From Prasinococcaceae sp. CCMP 1430 (Eukaryota > Plantae > Prasinodermophyta): a stretch of DNA of 64,000 bases. A program made the translations under genes and the position numbers. Positions 43,572-52,566 of this stretch are shown piece by piece (position 1 is the first letter of the stretch; each line of letters begins with the position of its first letter). The DNA is taken from contig RQSC01000028.1 in assembly GCA_013416795.1 (NCBI GenBank), positions 219,365 to 283,364 on the forward strand, in the 5' to 3' direction. A model generated the notes under the pieces. That model made no database searches. It saw only the letters and a list, made by a program, of their open reading frames with translations, and was not told the origin of the DNA.

Positions 43572-46500
43572 TCAGGTGGGCAGGCCCAGCTCGTTTCCCA
43601 ACATGAACAACAGCTCTCGCGTCTTGTCAGCGATTGTGCGGTCCTCACAGCCCACACATGCCACAAGCGGGCCGTAGAGCAGCAGGAGCTGTGTGTGCCC
43701 GGGGGCGGCCGGATCCGCTTCATCGGCGCCTGTGGCGAAGGTGTCCGAGCCAGCCACGAGCGCGCCGACGATGCTGCCGCCGCCACGTGCCCGCGCGCCG
43801 CGTGCCGCCCGCGCGACAGCCAATCCATCCGCGGCCACCTCCTGCGCAACATCGGGCTGAATGGTGAGTGATGCCAGCGCATCGAGCATGCTTGTCACGA
43901 GCTCAGTACGTGCCGAAGATGGCGCACTGACGCCGTCAACACGTCGTGAGGCCCTGCCGTATGAGCGTAGCATGCCATCACAGTTGCCAAGCACCTGCGG
44001 AAGCGCTGCCATCGCCGCGCGGGGTCCCGCTACCCCACCTGCCAGTGAGAAGAGCTGACGCATCGCAACCGTAGCGACGCGAAGGAGCGCGTCCTCCCCG
44101 TCCGGCGAGATGGCCACGCCGGCCGGTGCCTCGTCAAGTGCTGCCGCCCGCGTTGCCCACGTGCGCCCTAGCGTTGTCGCGAGCTTGTCGAGCGGCTCGC
44201 GATCCGGGCATGCCGGCGCGACCACGCCGCCGATAACTCTACATGCCTCTGCGTCTATACTCTCGGAGTGGCCATCAGGTCCGCCCAAGGTCGTCGCCAG
44301 CGGCCTGCTGAGCAGCGCGTCGAAGGCGGCTGCAAGCGCGGGCCACGCCTGCCGGCCGCCCATGGGGTGCGCCGACGATGCAGACGCAGCAGCTACGCCC
44401 TCGCGAGCGCAGCTTACGAGAGTGTGCGCGGAAAGCGTCCACGTTTCCGGCGCGCCGGAGGTTGCACCTTCGGTGAGTTGGCTGTTGCCTGATTCTCGTA
44501 GCCTGGAACCGAGTGCAGCTGCCACTGCGGCAAGCATACTCGCACGAGCCGGCGCGGGCGCACTCTGTGTGTAAATGTCCGACAATGTGCCGCACGCCGC
44601 TCGAACAAATGCCTGCGATTGCGCTCCGCCGCCCCATGCCGTAGCAGCACCGCCACTGCTGTGCGCGTCGTCGCCAGGGCCAGTACGCTCGCGGTCGGCT
44701 TGCACGTACTCGGAGAGAAGCTTGATGAGCGTGCGCCACTGCGCATCTGCAGTGGGAGCGATGCCCGCCAAGCTCGACAGCGCCGCTCGCTGGACGGCTG
44801 GCAGGTCGCCCGCCATGCCCTGCGGCCCGTCTGCCGCACCAGCTGCGAGAGGAAACCTCACAAGCCTATCCAGCATGTTGAGCACGGGAGTCACGTCTGC
44901 AGCTACACCCGTGGCGCCACTGGCCTTGCATTTGGCACACAGCTCGCCCAGCGCGCCGGCAAGGCCGGTGCGCGAGCCTACGTGCGGCACGTGCTCGCTC
45001 GTGCTATTTGTGGCCGCGATGCACGCAAAGTCAACCATGGACGAGAGCGCATCAATACCATCCTCCCAGATCCCTGTAGACACGGCAAGTTCGGGGTGCC
45101 CCCCAAGGACCGTCACCACGCTCGCAGATGCCGCACTCGCTACCTCGCGCGAGCCCTCGCGGAAGGCAGTGAGAACGAAGTCCACGAAGAACGCCCAAGT
45201 GACAACCGCGGGCGCGTGCGCGGCACGCGAGTCGCCGGCAATGCGTTTCGAGCCCACGTTGCCACCTGCGTGAGCCGCGAGCTGCGCCATGTGCGACCGC
45301 ATGATTCTCGCAAGGCCGCTGAGCGCGAGAGTGAGCGTTTCGTCCCATTGCTTGGATGCGGAATTGCGGCTGTGGTGAACGAGCATGACTCGGCCCGCGC
45401 TCAACTCCTTCGCCGCCTCCTCCGTCGTGCTCGCGGCGGCCGCAGCCTCCCGTACACGAGCAACTAGCGGCAGCAACACCCCGTTGAGCGCCCTGTCCCA
45501 TCCCATGCGTGGCAGTGACGCGCCGTTCGCTGCCAGCGCGCGCACCAGCGTACGCAGCGAAGCGTTGCGAACTTCAGGCCTCGAGTCCGTGGAAATGCTG
45601 TCGAGGCGGGCGAGCACGGGCAGAAGCGCAGCTGCCACGGCGTCGCTCTCGCCCTTCGCTGAGCTTGCCGCGGTGCTGTTGCTGCCAAAGCCACCTGTGG
45701 CATCCAGCTTCACTGGCGTCCTGCCTACGCCGTTTGCATCGCCCGCGGCCGCGCGGCCATCAGCTCGCGCAACCAGCGCGTCCGCCGCGCTCCAAAGGAG
45801 CCCAACCGCGGTAAGCGCCACATTCAGATCCGTGTCCTGGCTCGCGAATGCCGCGAGGCACTGCACTGCCTCGTCCGTGTGCTGTTCGGGCATCGATACG
45901 AGGAGGTCCGATACGATCAGTCGCGCACACGCAAACGCCGGCTGCAGCGCGGCGGGGTCCTCCTCCGCCGCGACGGCCGTTATTAACGGAAGAATCTCCT
46001 TCCAACCCGACGTCAGCGATGCGCCACTCTCCTCGAGGGAGCGTAGGCACGCGCGCAGCACTGCTGCGCGTCGGACGGCGCCTCCGCTCTGCTGGGCTTC
46101 GGGGTGTTCGCCGGCAGCGTACACCATCCGCAGCGTCCGCGCAATCGTTTCTTCGAATTTGCCAGCAGGCGCCTGCTGCAGAAGTGTTGACACCGCCCTT
46201 TCCAACTGATCGGCCACGGACTGTCGCACTCCTGAGATCTCGCTCCCACCGGCGCTCACTAGGTGATCAGCCAGTTTCGGCCACATCTGCTCCTGGCGAG
46301 CCGACGCGCTATGGATCGCGAGGTCGATCATGTGCGGGATCGAAAAGAGCATGATCCCTTTGCTCGCACCCCCGCCTGCTTTACCCCCGGCCGCGGGCGT
46401 CGATGCTTGGGGGCTTCCGACACCCTCGCCGGCGGCAGGGCTCGCACTGACGCTCGCTTGACTATCCCTCTCATCCCCTTGAAGCTTGGCCTCTTGCATC

Positions 46501-48704
46501 TCTTGTTCGGACACAGTCATCAGCGCGTCGAAGAGCGCGGCAACCGCCTCGTCAGACAAATGCGACGTGGCTGTAAAGAGCATGGAAGAGCTCGCAAGCA
46601 GGACGTCCAGATCCGCCCCGCGAGAACCCTCTTCCTGCGTCGTCGCATGCGGCGAGTTCAGCGTGCGCTCGAGCGCCCAGAGTGTCTGTAGAACGAGCAC
46701 CCACGATGGGCCAAGGAAGTCCGCCAGTCTATGCGCAATATTAAAAAGCGTGCGGAGGGCCTGCACATTGCGCAGCGTGAGAACCACGCCGGCGTCCTCC
46801 GGCACGGTCACGTGCGCGTACTTCGGGTGAGGGTCATCAGGTGGCGAGCTGCTGAGGCCCAGCTCCGCCGTTGCTGCGGCTAGAATCACCTCGACCCCGG
46901 ACGATTGGCGCTGCGGTAATGGTGTTGCCGCGTCGCCCGTCTCCCGACTCCGCGCCCGCGAGCGCGAAGCCATCGTGAAGCCACACAGCGATGCGAGGAA
47001 CGCATCGCGCGCCTCGATCTGGCCCAGCACGCCCGCAGCCTGTGTGAACGCCTGGTAGGCCTTGAGGATCTCCAGGATGAGGGATTCGCCGGTCGCAGCG
47101 GTCAGCAGGTCCTTCAGCGGCGGCAGTAGCGTGAACGCGAGCTCGGCCAATGTCGCTGCCGCGACGTCCCTACTGCATGGTGGCGGCGGCGATGCGTCCT
47201 CGCCAGCGCCTGCCATCGAGCCCTCGCGATCTACGGTAGTGCTCGTGGTCGCATCCGCGAGCGCCTCGCAGGACCGACAGAGGCTGCACAGCGTATCGAT
47301 GGCAATTGCGAGACCGCGCGCTTCGCATTCGGCAAGCGACATCCCGCCGTTGGCGCCGCCCGAGTTCGTGTTCTCGGCGGCAGCGGCAGCCTCAACCTCA
47401 GCGGTGAGCTCGACACCTTTCGCGACGCCTGCAAACAACGAGTGCAGAGGATCCATGATGAGGGGCTCATCCAGCGGTAGAGCGTGCACCTCTCGTGCGG
47501 CAGCGGATGCGATGCTTGCGACGAGATTCGTGCCGCGCTCGTCGGTAGCATACTGCGCTGCGAACCTGCCAACAGTGGCAAAGTCTCCAACCGCTGCCCG
47601 AAGCGCGTCGAGGGCGCATAGGCGCTGCCACAGGGGCATACTGGGGCTAGTGCCCTGCAGGAGTGAGGTCAGAAAGACCATGCACTCGGTCGGCAACAGC
47701 GTGAAGAATTTTTTGGTGATGGTCGCTACCGTCTGCGTGAGCAGCCTGTGGGTCGCAACTGCCTCATCTGTGGCTGAACCTGCGCTCCGCGTCGAAGTCG
47801 CGTTGAGGCTCACCATGACGAGCGATACGACGCGTTCGCGCAGAAGCTTGTTGAAGGCGTCCACGCGCATGAATATGTCCGCTCGCGTCGCCAAGATGAA
47901 CTCCAAAATCTCAAGAGCGAAAGAGCGAGGGACGGGCGGGGAGCTCAGCCACGAGGGAGAGCCTCCGCCAGCCAGAGTGCAAAGGTCTGCGAACAGCAGT
48001 AGTGCGGTGGCTGTCGCCGTCTCCTCGTCGGCATCCGGGGCCATCGCTGGCGTGGGGGTCGATGGCTCGGGCGAGACTGCCGTCCCCTGCTCAGATGCGG
48101 TCACGCCCTTTCGCTGCGCGGGCGCTATGGTGAGGCCACACTCTGACGTCGCGTGCTCGAACACAAATCCAACTGCCTGGCGCAGCGTCGCTCCTGCTGT
48201 GGATGCGACGTTTGGCGCCGTGCGCGTGTTGCTGAAGAGCCTCAGGCAGATGCTGAGCACCGCGCTGGTCCCCTCGGCGTCGCTAGGCACAACAGCCGCG
48301 CTCTGCAGCAGCGTGAGCACTGTTTGCAGCACCTTGAGCTGCACGGTGTCGTCCGTCGACTGGGCGTGAGCGTGCACGGCCGACACAATCGTCGGCATCT
48401 GGCCGAGCTGCACCTGGTCGTATGAAACTAACCGCTGAAGGCCCTGCAGCCCCAGGGCGATCAGGCGATTGGTGCGCGCCTCGCACGCCAAGAGGAAGGC
48501 GTGCAGGATTTCCTCCGCACGCAGGTCGACCTCGGCGACGCCCCCGTTCGCAGCAGCGACACGCGCGTACGCATCCGCCGCCGCGCGCGCAACCGCTGCG
48601 CCGCGCTCCGCCGCCTCGCGCACCTTGCCCTGCATGCCGAGGCTGCGCCGCTGCGCCGCCTCGGTCGCTATCGCGCGCAGGTCCGCCTCGGTCGTCGCCA
48701 GCAT
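43572..48704 (-). CDS. MON2: MON2 (Sec7/Arf-GEF-like scaffold), intronless, ~1710 aa
   Basis: EADLRAIATEA, PF/AFLLACE, VQLKVLQT, AFLASLC, LRNVQALRTLFNIAH, DLNVALTAVGLLW, DSRPEVRN and KQWDETLTL. Confidence 0.92.
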   Translation of the reverse strand: MLATTEADLRAIATEAAQRRSLGMQGKVREAAERGAAVARAAADAYARVAAANGGVAEVDLRAEEILHAFLLACEARTNRLIALGLQGLQRLVSYDQVQLGQMPTIVSAVHAHAQSTDDTVQLKVLQTVLTLLQSAAVVPSDAEGTSAVLSICLRLFSNTRTAPNVASTAGATLRQAVGFVFEHATSECGLTIAPAQRKGVTASEQGTAVSPEPSTPTPAMAPDADEETATATALLLFADLCTLAGGGSPSWLSSPPVPRSFALEILEFILATRADIFMRVDAFNKLLRERVVSLVMVSLNATSTRSAGSATDEAVATHRLLTQTVATITKKFFTLLPTECMVFLTSLLQGTSPSMPLWQRLCALDALRAAVGDFATVGRFAAQYATDERGTNLVASIASAAAREVHALPLDEPLIMDPLHSLFAGVAKGVELTAEVEAAAAAENTNSGGANGGMSLAECEARGLAIAIDTLCSLCRSCEALADATTSTTVDREGSMAGAGEDASPPPPCSRDVAAATLAELAFTLLPPLKDLLTAATGESLILEILKAYQAFTQAAGVLGQIEARDAFLASLCGFTMASRSRARSRETGDAATPLPQRQSSGVEVILAAATAELGLSSSPPDDPHPKYAHVTVPEDAGVVLTLRNVQALRTLFNIAHRLADFLGPSWVLVLQTLWALERTLNSPHATTQEEGSRGADLDVLLASSSMLFTATSHLSDEAVAALFDALMTVSEQEMQEAKLQGDERDSQASVSASPAAGEGVGSPQASTPAAGGKAGGGASKGIMLFSIPHMIDLAIHSASARQEQMWPKLADHLVSAGGSEISGVRQSVADQLERAVSTLLQQAPAGKFEETIARTLRMVYAAGEHPEAQQSGGAVRRAAVLRACLRSLEESGASLTSGWKEILPLITAVAAEEDPAALQPAFACARLIVSDLLVSMPEQHTDEAVQCLAAFASQDTDLNVALTAVGLLWSAADALVARADGRAAAGDANGVGRTPVKLDATGGFGSNSTAASSAKGESDAVAAALLPVLARLDSISTDSRPEVRNASLRTLVRALAANGASLPRMGWDRALNGVLLPLVARVREAAAAASTTEEAAKELSAGRVMLVHHSRNSASKQWDETLTLALSGLARIMRSHMAQLAAHAGGNVGSKRIAGDSRAAHAPAVVTWAFFVDFVLTAFREGSREVASAASASVVTVLGGHPELAVSTGIWEDGIDALSSMVDFACIAATNSTSEHVPHVGSRTGLAGALGELCAKCKASGATGVAADVTPVLNMLDRLVRFPLAAGAADGPQGMAGDLPAVQRAALSSLAGIAPTADAQWRTLIKLLSEYVQADRERTGPGDDAHSSGGAATAWGGGAQSQAFVRAACGTLSDIYTQSAPAPARASMLAAVAAALGSRLRESGNSQLTEGATSGAPETWTLSAHTLVSCAREGVAAASASSAHPMGGRQAWPALAAAFDALLSRPLATTLGGPDGHSESIDAEACRVIGGVVAPACPDREPLDKLATTLGRTWATRAAALDEAPAGVAISPDGEDALLRVATVAMRQLFSLAGGVAGPRAAMAALPQVLGNCDGMLRSYGRASRRVDGVSAPSSARTELVTSMLDALASLTIQPDVAQEVAADGLAVARAARGARARGGGSIVGALVAGSDTFATGADEADPAAPGHTQLLLLYGPLVACVGCEDRTIADKTRELLFMLGNELGLPT

Positions 48705-49384
48705 CACGCGCGGCTCGGGGAGCGCGGGCGGTGTCGCGCGCGCGGTGTGGCCCGCCAGCCGGGCTGTTGACGCACCCGCCGCACGCGCAGCACAGCGCGC
48801 ACGCTCCTCCGCCCGCCCGCCCGGCACGCGCACGCGCGCGGCCCAGCGTGTGAAGCCCGTTTTCCCGCTCCGGGTTTTCGCTGTGTCCGCAACGCACGAT
48901 CTCTTCATCTTTTATTCAGTAGGTCCGCACATTTCGTCGCGAATCCGCGAATCAGTTGTTTTTCAAATGCGACTGCTTCCGACATCGGCCCTGCTGTTTT
49001 TTTTGTTTTGTTTTTTGTTTTGTTTTGTTTTGTTGGTGGTGTTTGTGTCGGATGTCGAGAACCGACGGATGGCGAATTTGACGGAGGCTTCGGCCGTCAA
49101 ACTTGCGCGGTATCCCCCACCCCACCCCCCACCCCGCCCCACCCTGGCGAGCGCGCGCTGTGTGTGCGCCGCGTCGTCTCCGCTGGTTTTTTCGCGCGTT
49201 TGCAAACGCAGCGGCGGCAAACGGTGAGTCCATGAATAGACCCGGACAATCCGCAATGACCACGGTCTCGAGGCGGAGTCTCTCGTAATACCCAGGGTCT
49301 CGCTGCGGCTTTGAACCGGTCAGACCCCCAACAGACGGAGCGGGGGCGGGCGTCATTGCGTGCAGCGCGGCCATCGCGGCATGA

Positions 49385-52300
49385 GCCACACGCCGTGCGG
49401 GCGCCGCCGGCGCGGGCGAGGCTGGCGAGGCCGGCGACGCTGGTGGGGCGGGCGCCGGCGCAGCTCGGCTCTCTGGGTGGGATCTGGTCGACCTTGGCGC
49501 GCTCCTCGGGACGGTCGGGTGCTCGGCGCTTGCAGTCGCGACGAAGAACGCGTACGCCGCGGCGCCGGCGGTTGCGCTGCCGGTGCTGTGGCTCGTCAGC
49601 GCGCGGCAGCGCGCGCTGCTGCAGGAGGCCCAGAGCGCGGCGATGACCTCGGAGCTGAACACGCTGGCGGGAGAGATCGTGCGCCTGCGAGATGAGCTTG
49701 AGGACGCACGCACGCGCGAGGCGGCGGCCGCGGGCGCCGCGGGTGCCGCCGACGCGGCCGCCTTGCGTGCCGCGCAGGAGGCCCACCTGGCTGAGCTGGG
49801 CGCTCTCCACGCGCGGCTGCTTGCGGCGGCGGCGAGCGTCGAGTCTGCGGGCGTCGACGCCGCGGCCGCCACAGAGAGGCTAGGCGCGCAGAGCGAGGCG
49901 ATCGCCGCTGACATGCGCGGTGCAGCCGCTGGTGCCATTGCGGATGCCGTCGGGACGCGCGCGATGGAAGTGGAGAACACCGCCGAGGTGGCCGCCCGGG
50001 TGGGATCGCTCGAGAGCGCAGTGAGAGAGGCCACCGCAGCGCAGGATGCGCAGGCAGACGCAATTGCACAGGCCATAGAGTCCGTGGAGGCCGCGGCGGC
50101 TGCAGCCTCGGCGGCGTCCCGCAAGGAGGGCCAAGTGGCGAGTGGAACGGGCAGCGGCGACACGGGAAGGGCGGCGACGGAGGCGGCGGCGGCGGCGGCG
50201 ATGCAGGCAGTTGAGGAAGTATCCGCTGCGAGCGACGCCCTGCGCGCTACCATCGACGCGCTAGCCTTGCAAAGGGATACCGACGCCACCGCGCTCGCCT
50301 CAGCCGCTGGGCGGGTTGAGGCCGTCGTCGGTGAGGTGTTGCGACAGCAGGAGTCGCTGGGCGATCGCAGCGCCGACGCAATGGATCCCGTTGGCGAGGA
50401 GCTGCGCTCGACACTCTCGGAGCTGGTTGCGTCGATCGACGAGCTTACTGAGTCACAGGAGGAAGCCCAGCAGTATCAGCGTGCCCAAGCGGCAGCACAG
50501 GCTGCTGTGATGATGCAGCTCGGTGCACGAGCTGATTTTGCCCCCAGAGACGTCGCGCCCTCGGACCTGTATCAGCAGGCGGTGGACAAGGAGGTGCAGC
50601 TCGGCACTCTCGCTGACGACTTCGCAAATGAGGACGCGGCCGACGGTGAACGTTCGGTGGCGTTTCAGGAGTGGCTCGAGGCCGCGTCGGACGAGCTCGA
50701 GGCGGCTGGCGACGCCGCTGCGGCCAGCCCCGTGGCCAACGGGAACCAGATGCAAGCCGGTGAGCAGAGGGGCAGCGCGGAGGCCAGCGCATACGATCCG
50801 GGCGTCGAGCAGGCGACATTTCGCCCCGACGCCGACGCTGGTGGGGATTTCGTGTACTACGATGACGGCGGAAAGCAGGACGCTCAATTCGGCGCTGGCG
50901 GCGACGCACAGCCGACCACCTATGATGACGTGGCGGAGAGCGATGCGTTTTCGTACACTGAAGGATACTACTACGAGGGACCAGACGCGTACACATCCGG
51001 GGCACAGGCCCGCGAGGAGGTCGAGGACTTTCCTTTCGATGACATCGAATACGATGTTGATCGGGGAGAGTACTTTGATCAGACGCAAGTACCGCTGGAG
51101 GATGCTTCGTGCGCCGACGATGCAGGCGCCCCGCGGGCGCCAATGCAAGCCGCTGAGGAGGGCAGCGAGGAGGCAGCGGAGCCACGGGCGGAGAGCGCGC
51201 TTGCGGTGGAAAGTTGGGGCGTGGACGGCGCCCTGCAAGACGGAGGTGCCGACGCGGACGCTGCCGACGCTGGCGCCAGCGCCGTCGTCGAGTCGGACTC
51301 GATGGGATTCCCGCCCGAATCGAGCGACGCTATATATGGCAGCGTCGGGGGGGACGGCACAGACTCCGACGGCGCGGGCGTGTTGGATGCGGAAGACAGC
51401 TACGAGGTGTTAGCGGAGGACACAATCGCACTGAAGGGTGAGGCCACACCAGTGGGGCAGCCGCAGCAGCGGAGCTCTTCCCAGGCCTGGGACGACGAAA
51501 CTGGGGGCGATGGCGTCGACGATGGCAGCGCAAGAGACGGCGGCGAGGGAAGCACGTCATCGGTGGCTGATGCACCCGTCGAAAGTGAGGAGCTGAGCGC
51601 TGCGAATGTGGGGGGGCAGCAAGGGGACGCCGATGATGAGCGGGGCTCAGGTGGGGGGGATGAGGCTTCGGCCTTGGTGCGGGAGCCAGCGGTGGACAAC
51701 ACCGCCGTGGATGAGCTTATTGCGCGGGCGACGGAGGCGCAGCTTGAGGCTGAGGGCCTCGCCGCCTCGGCCGCCTCTGACACCGATCTGGATGCCGCGT
51801 TCGACGCACTCGATGAGGCGCGCGAGCTCCTTGGCGAGGCAATCGATTTGGCGCCCGCCAATGGCGGCACATATGCGTCGCTCGGCTGCGTCGGCCTGCA
51901 ACTGGCGCAACTCTATATGCAGGAGGCCGCCTCACTGGCGGCGGACAATGATGATCGCGCGGCGGACGCCAGTGCAGCGGAGGCGGAGACCGAGCTCCTC
52001 TCCGCTTCGCAGAATTGCCGAGAGGCGCTCGCTAGGGAGCCGCGCAGCGTGCGCGCGCTGTTCAACTGGGGCCTGTCGCTGCTGCTGCGGGCGGAGATAG
52101 CGAGCGACCAGGGTCGGCCAGCGGAATCCGCGCAGATGTTTGCTGCAGGCGCCGAGAAATTCGATGCGGCATTGTCGCTCGACGAGGATTCCGCCGAGGC
52201 ATTTGTCAGGCTCGCGCAGTGTCTCGTGAGACAGGTCGAAGACGAGGTGCGCTCCGGTGGCACGTCGGGCGACCCCACCGCCGAGGAAGCACTGGCTGAG

Positions 52301-52432
52301 TTGCTGGACGAGGCAATCGAGGCGTGCGAGCAGGCGCTCGACGTGGACCCCAGCGACTCAAATGGCGCAGAGACTTGGCTCGCGCGTGCGGAGGACGGCC
52401 TCGCAGCGCTTGGCTTCGAGTCGAATGTGTGA
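49385..52432 (+). CDS. Large acidic coiled-coil protein with an N-terminal hydrophobic segment and C-terminal TPRs; possible first exon 49069-49223
   Basis: Frame open from 49385. TM-like LGALLGTVGCSALAVATKNAYAAAPAVALPVLWLV and TPR-like ALFNWGLSLLLRAE..FAAGAEKFDAALSLD. Confidence 0.7.
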   Translation, partial: ATRRAGAAGAGEAGEAGDAGGAGAGAARLSGWDLVDLGALLGTVGCSALAVATKNAYAAAPAVALPVLWLVSARQRALLQEAQSAAMTSELNTLAGEIVRLRDELEDARTREAAAAGAAGAADAAALRAAQEAHLAELGALHARLLAAAASVESAGVDAAAATERLGAQSEAIAADMRGAAAGAIADAVGTRAMEVENTAEVAARVGSLESAVREATAAQDAQADAIAQAIESVEAAAAAASAASRKEGQVASGTGSGDTGRAATEAAAAAAMQAVEEVSAASDALRATIDALALQRDTDATALASAAGRVEAVVGEVLRQQESLGDRSADAMDPVGEELRSTLSELVASIDELTESQEEAQQYQRAQAAAQAAVMMQLGARADFAPRDVAPSDLYQQAVDKEVQLGTLADDFANEDAADGERSVAFQEWLEAASDELEAAGDAAAASPVANGNQMQAGEQRGSAEASAYDPGVEQATFRPDADAGGDFVYYDDGGKQDAQFGAGGDAQPTTYDDVAESDAFSYTEGYYYEGPDAYTSGAQAREEVEDFPFDDIEYDVDRGEYFDQTQVPLEDASCADDAGAPRAPMQAAEEGSEEAAEPRAESALAVESWGVDGALQDGGADADAADAGASAVVESDSMGFPPESSDAIYGSVGGDGTDSDGAGVLDAEDSYEVLAEDTIALKGEATPVGQPQQRSSSQAWDDETGGDGVDDGSARDGGEGSTSSVADAPVESEELSAANVGGQQGDADDERGSGGGDEASALVREPAVDNTAVDELIARATEAQLEAEGLAASAASDTDLDAAFDALDEARELLGEAIDLAPANGGTYASLGCVGLQLAQLYMQEAASLAADNDDRAADASAAEAETELLSASQNCREALAREPRSVRALFNWGLSLLLRAEIASDQGRPAESAQMFAAGAEKFDAALSLDEDSAEAFVRLAQCLVRQVEDEVRSGGTSGDPTAEEALAELLDEAIEACEQALDVDPSDSNGAETWLARAEDGLAALGFESNV

Positions 52433-52566
52433 GCGGCGCAGGCGCGCGTTGCTGCATCGAGGACTTGAAGGTGAAAATCTTTGTTCAAGCCTACCGTACG
52501 GGTAACGCACTTTTTGTTCAAAATTTATGGCCTCGACTTGTATCGCGCCCGGGTTGATCTGTGTGG

